Assembly (NCBI GenBank): GCA_963771275.1
Contig: CAVYSW010000010.1
Coordinates: forward strand, 96,001 to 160,000
DNA from: an uncultured Gemmatimonadales bacterium
Lineage (GTDB): Bacteria > Gemmatimonadota > Gemmatimonadetes > Gemmatimonadales > GWC2-71-9
Length of the DNA: 64,000 bases
Direction: 5' to 3'
Shown here: positions 31,801-39,745 of the stretch, piece by piece
Layout: each line of letters opens with the position of its first letter
How positions within the stretch are numbered: position 1 is the first letter of the stretch
Notes under the pieces: model-generated
Told to the model about the DNA's origin: nothing
What the model saw: the letters and a program-made list of their open reading frames with translations, nothing else
The model's database searches: none
Made by a program: the position numbers and the translations under genes

Positions 31801-32276
31801 AGCTTCCCGCCCGGCTCGACGATCAGCACGCCCCGGGCGTACCACAGGTTGACGTTCGTCGTCGGGGCGACACTCTGGCCGCGCGCGGTTTCGCCGGCGA
31901 GCAGGTCGGGCTCGAGCCCGGAATGGAGAATCGTGGTGGTCTTGGCGCTCCCCTCGGCTCCGAGCACCAGAACCAGTGGGAGATCGCTCAGGGCCCGTAC
32001 GCCCTGCAGGCGCGCCGCCGCCAGACGCTGTCCCGCATGGGTGAACGCCGTGTCGATTTCGTCCGCGGCGGCGCCGCTCGCGCTGCGCCGCGCCCGCTGG
32101 TGCAGGAACCACCCGATCAGGACGGCGACCGCGCCGCCCAACAGGAGCAGGCCCCCGCGGAACACCCACAGGTTCCAGCCCTTGAGCCCCAGCGCGCCGC
32201 CGAGCCACCACACGAGCAGGGCGAACACGCCGTACACGGAGAGCGTAGGTAGCGCGGACCTCACCGAGCGTTGCAT
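28899..32276 (-). CDS. tssM: T6SS membrane complex protein TssM (IcmF/ImcF)
   Basis: Two N-terminal TMs, LPLVLVLGAEGSAKTT, RLPVYVIFTKAD, PFLRGFYL, third TM, WGLYRG, Y..QWRNFL, RFPF and WGVFRLF; 1125 aa. Confidence 0.92.
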   Translation of the reverse strand: MQRSVRSALPTLSVYGVFALLVWWLGGALGLKGWNLWVFRGGLLLLGGAVAVLIGWFLHQRARRSASGAAADEIDTAFTHAGQRLAAARLQGVRALSDLPLVLVLGAEGSAKTTTILHSGLEPDLLAGETARGQSVAPTTNVNLWYARGVLIVEPGGKLVGDPGRWGHLVQRLRPKRLAAVLAGRPQPPRAAVVCFSCEDLVKGDQEPVVNAARVLRERLSTVSRTLGIRLPVYVIFTKADRIRCFPEFVGQLAGEEGRQAVGATLRLAPPIAAGAHADREHQRVSAALEELIGSLAAQRLRLLPRIAGGADRATAYEFPRELRKLAPLADQFLVELCRPRQLEVSPFLRGFYLAGVRAIVVDGAPAAAAPSADAGAVRATQVLTAEERAALARQAEPPRGPGRRVPQWLFLNGLFHEVIQRDRVALGLTQSGHGLRQLRRVAFASVAALGLVFALGFTVSFIGNRLLSSRVVRAAQAVHGMAASEPLPLALRALDALRTQLETLHGYAEHGPPWRLRWGLYRGAAMAAPARSVYWNALQSFLLNGIRDSVRRELTALTANVEGVSLDSANGRVAAYLMVTSQPDHLTPDAGEALLRRSPVGVRLEGEDRTIAVRQLRFYGGELCGGGTTCAVAPDAMLATRACTMLTGFSDVDRVYQSLLSRAAGGRPPIRFTDALVRVTAEVPPAFSADGWRLVHDAFAKGELSAPGEDWIYQALSCQAAAGGNAGDLTRTLRARYEADYVTQWRNFLRAAQVTLPGGVGGAATGITALAAPRSPLLQLLAVVSANTGVDSVVLGRVFQPVHAVMPAAGDQLIVEANRSYVTALDALARALQQVSAGGDPERTAALGQANAARGAAQDLVRTFSSADEAADVGGSMRRLLDDPLARVEALLQRLPGQQIAGQIRAVCTDYNQVMTRFPFSAAGSAAQLRDVARIFHPQDGELARLNAEALGGALVRRANEYVLNAPNPAISRAFVDFYNRAMRVANTWFDAQGQGPRLGFSVRLSPPPGTRGVKLVIDGHPMSRTQSNATQSEVFQWVAEQARGASLSVTVGGRDLEILSYPEQWGVFRLFGQARWEARSRGEFRVVWNIQREGTTYAVEGSITPVGEPLLQPGYFSRLVCRP

Positions 32277-32283
32277 GGTGGTC

Positions 32284-32979
32284 TCAGCTCCCCATGCCGG
32301 CCAGCCGGGAGATGCCGGAGCGCAGCGACAGGGCGTAGAGCGCGAACAGCAGCAGCGCGAGCCCGAACGCCGCCAGAGCCGACCACTTGAGCCGCGGGAG
32401 CCACCGGTCGGGCGTCACCTCGGGGCGCTCGCCTGGCGGCAGGCGCCACGCGGCGGCGAGGTCCGTCGTGGTCCCCCGAATGCGCTGGATCTTCTCGTCG
32501 GTCGCGGTCATCAGCGCCTGGATGTCTCCCCCGCCCCCGGCGCTGTACTGCCCGCGGAAGCCGAGGATCAGACACAGTTGATAGACCTCGAGCACGTCGG
32601 CGATGTCGTCGGAGTTCTCGCGCGCGAGCAGCCCGCGGAGATTCTCGAAGAACGTGCGGCCGCCCATGTGGTCGCCGAAGACCTCTTCCTGCAGCGGCAT
32701 CCGCGGCCACTCCGCGAAGGCCGGCAGGCTGGAGGTGAGCACGGCTTCGTCGAGATACACGACGAACGCGTACACGGCCAGGCCGACCTCGGTCCCGCCG
32801 TACCCCAGCTGTCGTGCCTCGCGATCGGCCTGCGCGATCAGCTGCTTCGCGTGGTTGCGGAATGCCGTGGCATCGGCCGCCACGTCGCGCCCGGCGCGGA
32901 GCCGCGCGCCCGCCGTGAACGCTTCCTGCAACCGCAGGGCGAGCTGGCCGCGGCGGCCGGCTGGACGCGGGTCGCTCAT
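32284..32979 (-). CDS. tssL: T6SS protein TssL (DotU), no OmpA domain
   Basis: YAFVVYLDEAVL, W...PLQ..F, GG..FF, LEVYQLCLILGFRGQY, C-terminal TM. Confidence 0.93.
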   Translation of the reverse strand: MSDPRPAGRRGQLALRLQEAFTAGARLRAGRDVAADATAFRNHAKQLIAQADREARQLGYGGTEVGLAVYAFVVYLDEAVLTSSLPAFAEWPRMPLQEEVFGDHMGGRTFFENLRGLLARENSDDIADVLEVYQLCLILGFRGQYSAGGGGDIQALMTATDEKIQRIRGTTTDLAAAWRLPPGERPEVTPDRWLPRLKWSALAAFGLALLLFALYALSLRSGISRLAGMGS

Positions 32980-33012
32980 CGCGGGGCGCGCCGCGCGGGC
33001 GGCGCCGATCGA

Positions 33013-34356
33013 TCAGAGAACGGCAAGGACGTTGAGCTCCTTCACGCGGGTGGCGTCAGGGGTGTAGATCCCGATCTCGCTCGACTGCACAATGGCCTGC
33101 CAGCACGGTCCATCCAGCGTCACCGCGAAATAGTGATGCTGGCTGCGCACCGGTATCTCCGCCGGCGGCACGGGGAGGTGCGTGAGCCCCAGGGCCGGCA
33201 GGCCTTCCTTCACCAACCGCACGATGTGGCGGGCCGAGCAGACTTTCAGCAGGCGCGGCAGCTGGACGGCCGCGTTGGGGTCGGGTGACTCGAGCGCCAC
33301 CTCCAGCACCCAGCGCGCGGGGTGAAGGGCGCGGTTGTCCCCCACCGTGCCCGTGAACAGAAACTCGCGGGAGCGCGTGAGCGGGACGGTCACGTACCGG
33401 CTGGGCGCCACGACCTCGAGGTTCGCGCGGATCCACCGGTCCAGCTCCGTGAAGCACTTCTCCAGGTGGTCGTGGTCGTACACGGGCAGGTCGCGCGGAC
33501 TGGTATCGAGCGTGAACGTGCACAGCGCGCCCGCCAGGCGGGCGAGGTCGGTGTAGACCTGCTCGGGGCTGGAGCGGCGTGAGGTCAGATGGTGGCGCAG
33601 GGGCCCGAGGCTCGAGTGGATGGTATGCAGCATCCACAGCCGGGCAACCTGTTGCGCCGGATCCGCGGCGTCCGAGCCGCCTTCCCGCCGGGTGCCGGCC
33701 AGGGCGTCGCTCTGCGCCGTCAGGATGTCGGTCAGGCGGGCCAGCAGGTCGATGATCCGGCGGCTCGCGCCGATCTGGAGACATGGCGGGATGTACTCCA
33801 GATCGTACACGAAGTGCCCCGACCCGTCCCGCTTGACGCGGGCGATCGGCAGCTGGATCGCATCCGTGTCGCGCTCCGATTCGAGCACCAGCGCAAAGTT
33901 CTTCCGGCCGACGCGCACGACCTGGCGTCCGACCCCGGTCGTCTCGTCGCTGACCGCCTCGTCCTCCCCGACGTATCGCACCCCCTCGGACTCGCCGGCC
34001 TCCATCGCGCAGTTGCGGCTGCCGTCCCGGTAGGGGGGCACGACCAGCATCACGACACGGCTTTGCTCGGTGGGCAGGAACAGCTCGCGGATGTCGCGCG
34101 AGGCGGGCACCGGATCGCTGTCCGGGAAATGAAACGCCAGGCCGTCCGGCATCACGCCCCGGGCGTGCACCAGCGCGACGACACCGTTGTGCAGGGCGTC
34201 CGCGTCCAGCTCACAGCCCAGCAGCCCGTACGGAGTCGGGAACAGGTGCTGGAGGGCGAAGCCGATCGCGTTCTCGAAATACCGGTTCTGGGCCTGGAAG
34301 TGATGCTGGGCGAGATGCATCCCCTCGCTCCAGACCAGCCGCGACAACGGTCTCAT
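33013..34356 (-). CDS. tssK: T6SS baseplate protein TssK (copy 1)
   Basis: VWSEGMHLAQHHFQAQ, GVMPDG, IPPCL, LAGALCTF, YDHD and GLPALGLTHLPVPP. Confidence 0.93.
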   Translation of the reverse strand: MRPLSRLVWSEGMHLAQHHFQAQNRYFENAIGFALQHLFPTPYGLLGCELDADALHNGVVALVHARGVMPDGLAFHFPDSDPVPASRDIRELFLPTEQSRVVMLVVPPYRDGSRNCAMEAGESEGVRYVGEDEAVSDETTGVGRQVVRVGRKNFALVLESERDTDAIQLPIARVKRDGSGHFVYDLEYIPPCLQIGASRRIIDLLARLTDILTAQSDALAGTRREGGSDAADPAQQVARLWMLHTIHSSLGPLRHHLTSRRSSPEQVYTDLARLAGALCTFTLDTSPRDLPVYDHDHLEKCFTELDRWIRANLEVVAPSRYVTVPLTRSREFLFTGTVGDNRALHPARWVLEVALESPDPNAAVQLPRLLKVCSARHIVRLVKEGLPALGLTHLPVPPAEIPVRSQHHYFAVTLDGPCWQAIVQSSEIGIYTPDATRVKELNVLAVL

Positions 34357-34462
34357 CGTGCTCTTTCAGGCTCCGGAGCGAGGGTGCGTCGTGCGCGGCG
34401 GCCGGGCGGGCCCGCCGCCGCCGAAGGGCGCCCGCAGACGGGGCCCGGTCTCGGGGCCGCAT

Positions 34463-34537
34463 TTGCGTACGTCGCATGGCGTCCGCTATGATAACACGTG
34501 CTTCCGATATTATGCGGTCCCGCCCCGGCAGCAGCAA
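34463..34537. promoter_or_regulatory. Pair of opposed sigma70-like promoters
   Basis: Plus strand TTGCGT(34463)-18 bp-TATGAT(34487-92); minus strand TTGCTG(34537-32)-17 bp-CATAAT(34514-09); AT-rich patch. Confidence 0.5.
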
Positions 34538-34580
34538 CCGTCCCGGGGGAGTTGACGCGCACACAGGGAGTCCGACGGCG

Positions 34581-36200
34581 ATGACCGGCGCCGAGTTCCA
34601 GGCCCGCTACCAGCTCCTCGCGGAGATCGCGACCGGGGCGGTGCGAACGCTGATGGCCCGCGATGCACAGGGCGTGCTCGTCATGGCCCACTTTCTCGGG
34701 CCGGCGGTGGGCGAAGGCACGCAGCGCCTCATCGCCGCGGACCGGCTCCCGGCTCAGGCCCGCGGGGTCCTGCTCGAGCGGTGCGTCGTGGATGGCCACG
34801 TCGTGCTGATCACGCGGGTGCTCGATGGCTTCGTGGATTTCGGCTCCTGGCTGCGGGCCCAGGGGGGCACGGCCGCGCCCGTGGTCCAGCCACCGGCCGT
34901 GACCCAGCCGACCCCGGTCGCCCCGGCTCGCGAGATGCCACCGACCCCGCCGGCGCCCGAGGTGGCTGCGCCGCCCGCCCCGCCGGCCCCGCCCGCGAGC
35001 GGCGAGTTCACGCAGATGTTCGGGCGCCCCGGGGGGGCGGCCGCCGCGCCACCGCAGGCGACGGCACCAGCGCCGGCGGCCGCCACCGTGCGGCTGCCGA
35101 CGGTGGAGCGATCCGCCACGCCGCCGCCGGTGACGCCGTCTCCCCCGACCGTTCCCTCGGCACCCCAAGCCGGCGAGTTCTCGCAACTGTTCGGTGCACC
35201 GCAGATCCCTGTGCCGCCGCCCGTTGCGCCCCCCATCTCTCCGACGCCGCCGGAGGCCGCCGAAACCGTGCGGCTGCCGACCGTCGAGCGGACCGTCGAG
35301 CCTCCGGCGGCGCACGGTGGCGAGTTCACCCAGCTGTTTGGCGCGCCAAGCGTCCCGAAGCCTCCTGCGGGGCCGCCGGCTGCTGCGCGGCCGGCGCCGG
35401 AGCCTCCGCGAGCCGGGCCGCCGGTTGGGCAGGGGCCGCCCCCGCCTCCCCCACAGCCCTCGGTGCCGCCCCCCGCCCCGGTCGCGATGCCGCCCGCCGC
35501 GACGCCGCGTTCGGGTCCGCGCATTATGTGGAAGGGCGCCGCGGCGCCGCCACCCGTCGCGCCGCCATCAGCCCCCGTCGCGCCCGAGCCGCCCCGCCCG
35601 GCACCGCCGGCGGCCGCGCCGGCGGCCCCGCCCCCGCGACCCCCGGCGCCACCCCCCCGACCTCCGGCTCCGCCGCCCCGGCCCGTCGCCCCCCCTGCTC
35701 GGCAGGACGCCCCGGGTGAGTTCACCAAGCTGTTCGGCGCACCGAGCGACGGGAGCCCCACCGCACCGCCGCCGCGGCCCGCGCAGGCGGCCGGCGAGCC
35801 GCCGTTCGGTCGGGGGGGCCGCGACTATCGGGATGCGCTCGATAGCCTGCATCGGCCGCTCGACGAGCGGCCCGCGCCGGAGCCGCCGCGCGCGCCGCCA
35901 CCCAGACCGCCCATGGAGCCCGAGTTCCCCAGAGACCTCCCTCCCGGGTTCCCGCGCGACCCGCTGCCTCCGGTGGCCCCCCCGGCGGCCGAGCGCCCGC
36001 CCGTGGGCCTGTCGCCGGGCGGTTTCACGCAGGTCATTGCCGGCAGGTCCCAGGCAAAGCTGGGCGATGCCGCGGCCGAGTCGGCGATGGGCCAGCCCGC
36101 GGCGGAAGCCCCGCCGGGCATGCCGCGCTGGCTCGTGATCTCGTTGGTGGTGATCGGGGTGCTCGCGCTCGTCCTGATCGTCGCGATCGCGGTGTTCTAG
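34581..36200 (+). CDS. Pro-rich tail-anchored protein with a degenerate kinase N-lobe-like head and repeated GEFTxxFG motifs
   Basis: AGGGAG RBS then ATG 34581; ~95 aa globular head; motifs at 35001, 35172, 35319, 35715 and 36018; C-terminal TM. Confidence 0.8.
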   Translation: MTGAEFQARYQLLAEIATGAVRTLMARDAQGVLVMAHFLGPAVGEGTQRLIAADRLPAQARGVLLERCVVDGHVVLITRVLDGFVDFGSWLRAQGGTAAPVVQPPAVTQPTPVAPAREMPPTPPAPEVAAPPAPPAPPASGEFTQMFGRPGGAAAAPPQATAPAPAAATVRLPTVERSATPPPVTPSPPTVPSAPQAGEFSQLFGAPQIPVPPPVAPPISPTPPEAAETVRLPTVERTVEPPAAHGGEFTQLFGAPSVPKPPAGPPAAARPAPEPPRAGPPVGQGPPPPPPQPSVPPPAPVAMPPAATPRSGPRIMWKGAAAPPPVAPPSAPVAPEPPRPAPPAAAPAAPPPRPPAPPPRPPAPPPRPVAPPARQDAPGEFTKLFGAPSDGSPTAPPPRPAQAAGEPPFGRGGRDYRDALDSLHRPLDERPAPEPPRAPPPRPPMEPEFPRDLPPGFPRDPLPPVAPPAAERPPVGLSPGGFTQVIAGRSQAKLGDAAAESAMGQPAAEAPPGMPRWLVISLVVIGVLALVLIVAIAVF

Positions 36201-37570
36201 CGTCCGCGCGTGGCTTCGCGCTGCGGCTCCGGCAGCAGGATCACCAGCTCCAGCTCCACGTCGGGAAGATCGGCCGGGGCGTAGACCGCGACGTTGCGGG
36301 CGAGCGCGATGCCATCCCAGTCGGTCCCCTGCCGGTTCAACTCGAAATACTGGAAGTCGAGCTTCACCGGGATGGCGGAGGGTGGCTGGACGACGTGCGT
36401 CAGCTCCACGCCGGGCAGTGCCTGCTTGATCAGCCGCTCGAGCCGGTCCGCCGCGCTCAGCTTGAGCAGGCGCGGGGCGCGCCGCACGTCGGCCACCTTG
36501 GCGCTCGAGCGCACCGCGAGGAACATCTGCGGTGCCTGGAGGTAGCGGTCGTCGTCCAGCGCGGTCGCGTAGACCGACGGCGACACCAGGCGGAGCGGCA
36601 GGGACACGCAGCGCTCCGGCACCACCGTGGCCAGCAGCTCGCGGAGCTGCTCGTCCAGCGTGGTGAAGCATCCGGCCAGGTCGGTGTGGTCATACGCCGG
36701 CAGATCGCGCGGGTGAATCCGGCCGGAAAACGTCGTGAGCGCGCCCGCGAGCCCCATCATTGCCTCGTACAGTGCCGCCGGATGCGCGTGCCGCTGCTCC
36801 AGCAGATGCCGGGCCATCGGCAGATGCGAGTTCACCGTGTAGAGCAGCCAGAAGCTCGCGACGTCGCCGACGCCGAACTCGGCGAGGCTCTGCTTGCGCT
36901 GGCGGCGCCCGCCCGCGATCGTCGCGCTCTTGGCCGACAGCACTTCGACCAGCCGGCGTACCATCGCGACGAGGTACTCGCTGGCCGAGAAGTCGATCAG
37001 CGGCGGCACGAAGTGGGGGTCGAGCTCGTAGTCGCCGGTGGGGAGCCGGCGGACCCGCGCCACGGGGAGCGCGGAGCTTCCCTCGAGCGACTCACCGCCC
37101 ACCAGAATGCGGAAGTTCTTCCGCGCCACCATCACCGGCTTCTCCGACAGGCCCGTGTTCTCGTCCCGCCGCGTCACGACCTCGGCGCGGTAGCGCGTGC
37201 CGGCTTCCAGCTCGGCGGTCGCCACGTTGTGCCCGCCGACCCGGTATTCCGGAATCGTCAGGTGCACGTCCAGCGTCTGCTGGTCGGGGTCCCAGCATTC
37301 CTTGAGCGGTCGGGGGGGCGGCGCGGCATCCGCGCCCGGAATGTCGAACGACAGCCCGTCCGGGAACACGCCGGCGGCGGCGGTGAGCGCCAACGATCCG
37401 GCGGCGAGCTCCTCGCGGTTGATATCGAGCCGGTGGAATCCCCACGGGAAGAACGTCAGCCCGGCAAGCCGGAAGCTCAGCAGATCCTCCAGGTAGCGAT
37501 CCTGAATCTGCAGGTGCTGGGGAGTAAGCAGCACACCCTTGGACCAGAGAACCGGCTGCAGTTGGCGCAT
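36197..37570 (-). CDS. tssK: T6SS baseplate protein TssK (copy 2)
   Basis: MRQLQPVLWSKGVLLTPQHLQIQD, GVFPDG, FVPPL, LAGALTTF, YDHTDL, ALPGVELTH and YFEL. Confidence 0.93.
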   Translation of the reverse strand: MRQLQPVLWSKGVLLTPQHLQIQDRYLEDLLSFRLAGLTFFPWGFHRLDINREELAAGSLALTAAAGVFPDGLSFDIPGADAAPPPRPLKECWDPDQQTLDVHLTIPEYRVGGHNVATAELEAGTRYRAEVVTRRDENTGLSEKPVMVARKNFRILVGGESLEGSSALPVARVRRLPTGDYELDPHFVPPLIDFSASEYLVAMVRRLVEVLSAKSATIAGGRRQRKQSLAEFGVGDVASFWLLYTVNSHLPMARHLLEQRHAHPAALYEAMMGLAGALTTFSGRIHPRDLPAYDHTDLAGCFTTLDEQLRELLATVVPERCVSLPLRLVSPSVYATALDDDRYLQAPQMFLAVRSSAKVADVRRAPRLLKLSAADRLERLIKQALPGVELTHVVQPPSAIPVKLDFQYFELNRQGTDWDGIALARNVAVYAPADLPDVELELVILLPEPQREATRGR

Positions 37571-37662
37571 GAGGCGATAACCTAGCGCCGGAGGGCATGA
37601 AGTCCAGTCTGGCGTGCCGTCGGGCTGGCGCGTGCCCCCGAGGGCTGACATGTTTCCGCGGC

Positions 37663-39140
37663 ATGCCGTCGCGCGCTGAAGTCCATCTCGATGCGGGGGT
37701 TGCGCCCCGGCCCGACTCGCCCGGCGCTCCGCTCCCCGATCAGCTGCTGCCGATCGCGCTGGTCGGCGACTTCAGCGGCCGCACGCATCGTGGCCCGGTG
37801 GTCGTCGGGCCGCCCCTGGAGGAGCGGCGGCCCGTGCGGGTCGATCGCGACACGCTGGACCAGGGGCTTGCGCACTTCGCGCCGGAGGTCCCGCTCGCGC
37901 TTGGGGGCACGGCGGCGGACGCGGCCGTGCGATTCTCGGCGCTCGACGATTTCCACCCGGATGCGCTGCTCGCGCGGTTACCGGTGTTTGCCATGCTGCG
38001 GTCCATGCGCGAGCCCGCGGGCGAGCGCGGTGGGGGGGGACGGCGGACCCCGGCGCGCCCGTCGCGCCTCCGAGCCCGCTCGACCTGGTGCATCAGGGTG
38101 ACCTGCTGAGCCGTGCGGTCGCCGCGACGCTGGGGGAGTCGGGAGGGGGTGCCGACCCGCTGCAGGCGTTCGTGCGGCGGCTGGTGGCGCCGCATCTCGT
38201 GCGGGAGGCCGGGCCCGCGGAGCGCGTCTGGCGAGCGCAGGTGGACGCCACCGCCGGCGCGTTGCTGCGCGAGATCCTCCACGGTCCCGGCATCCGCGCG
38301 CTCGAAGCGCTGTGGCGCGCGGTCGACTTCCTGGTGCGCCGGGTCGACAGTGATGCCGAGCCCCCGTTCTATCTCGTGGACGTGAGCCAGCCGGAAGCCG
38401 CCGCGGACTTGGCGGCGGCCGGCCGTGTCGAGGACACGGCGCTGGTCCGGCTGCTCGGCGGTCCCCCGGGCGGGCGCTGGGGCGCGATCGTCAGCGACTT
38501 CTCGTTTGGCGCGGACCCGAACGACGCGATCCTGGCCGGGCGTCTGGCGGCGCTCGCCCGATCGGCCGGCGCGCCGTGGCTGGCCGCGGCAAGCCCGGCG
38601 CTCGCGGGCTGCCCGTCGCTGGTGGATCATCCCGATCCCGCCGCATGGGACCGGGCGGTTCCCGCGGCATGGGGCATGCTCCGCCGGCAACGGGAGGCGG
38701 CCTGGCTGGGGCTGGCGCTGCCGCGGTTCCTGCTGCGCCTGCCGTACGGTCCTGACACCGAGCCGTGCGCGCTACGCGACTGGCGGGAGACGACCGAGCC
38801 GCCGCGGCATGATCAGTATCTCTGGGGCAACCCCGCCTTCGCCTGTGCCTTGCTCCTGGCAGGGCGTCTCGGGCCGGGTGGAACCTGGCGTACCCCTGGT
38901 GGGGTACTCGACATCGGAGATCTCCCGCTGCACCTCAGCGCGGCGGATGGAGAAACCCGTGCGCAGCCCTGCGCCGAGGTGCTGCTGTCGGAGCGGGCGG
39001 CGCACCGGCTGCTCGACGCTGGCCTCATGCCACTCGTGTCGCTCAAGGACCGCGATGCCGTACGGCTGCTGCGGTTCCAGTCGTTTGCGGAGCCCGCGGC
39101 GCCGCTTGCCGGACCGTGGGGTGGTGCCGGGCGCGCTTGA
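37663..39140 (+). CDS. TssB-like plus truncated TssC-like fusion protein; frameshift at the G8 run (38032-38039)
   Basis: TssB-like GDFSGR, VRVDRDTLD and F..LDDFHPD; then, in another frame, TssC-like ILH....ALEALWRAVDFLV, LGLALPRFLLRLPYG, YLWGNPAF and GLMPL; ends before the TssC C-terminal domain. Confidence 0.8.
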
Positions 39141-39165
39141 CAGTGCCGCACGGCAGGCATATTAG
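39137..39165 (+). promoter_or_regulatory. Possible promoter for the tssB operon
   Basis: Perfect TTGACA (39137-42) followed by an imperfect -10 (CATATTAG, 39158-65). Confidence 0.4.
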
Positions 39166-39211
39166 GTGAGGACGGAGTTGCCCTGATCCCAAGTCGCCGC
39201 AGGAGTCGCCG

Positions 39212-39745
39212 ATGCCCAAGGAAAGCGTACACAAGAAGCTGGAGCGGGTTCGCCCGCCACGGGTGAACATCACCTACGACGTCGAAGTCGGGGACGCGAT
39301 CGAGACCAAGGAACTCCCGTTCGTCATGGGAGTATTCGCCGATCTCACGGGTCAGCCCACCGAGCCGTTGCCCAAGCTCAAGGACCGCAAGTTCGTCGAG
39401 GTCACGCTCGACAACTTCGACGACGTGCTGAAGCGGATGCAGCCGCACCTCACGCTGGCGGTCGAGAACAAGCTCAGTGACGAGGCCAACGCCGGGAAGA
39501 TGGCCGTGGATCTCACGTTCGAGGGCCTCGACGACTTCCGGCCCGACCGCGTCGCGGGGCGGGTGGAGCCGCTGAAGAAGCTGCTCGACCTGCGCACGCA
39601 GCTGGGCGATCTGCGCGGGAAGCTGCAGGGCAACGACAAGCTCGACGATCTGCTGCAGAAGTCGCTGACGGACGCGGAGAAGCGCAAGCAGCTCAAGGGC
39701 GAGCTGGATGCGGAGGGCGGCTCCGAGGGAGGGAAGGATGGCTAA
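39212..39745 (+). CDS. tssB: T6SS sheath small subunit TssB
   Basis: RVRPPRVNITYDVE, ELPFVMGV, RKFVEV..DNFD and DDFRPD. Confidence 0.97.
   Translation: MPKESVHKKLERVRPPRVNITYDVEVGDAIETKELPFVMGVFADLTGQPTEPLPKLKDRKFVEVTLDNFDDVLKRMQPHLTLAVENKLSDEANAGKMAVDLTFEGLDDFRPDRVAGRVEPLKKLLDLRTQLGDLRGKLQGNDKLDDLLQKSLTDAEKRKQLKGELDAEGGSEGGKDG

Noticed and set aside
29211..32252. 1013-aa plus-strand ORF (and similar long ORFs such as 41735-44548, 44602-46782, 2517-4721)
   Set aside because: Antisense shadows of real genes caused by stop-codon scarcity at high GC; Arg/Ala/Gly-rich with no motifs.
34990..36040. CRISPR-like spaced repeats
   Set aside because: Repeats are in-frame coding motifs with synonymous variation and irregular spacing; no cas genes.
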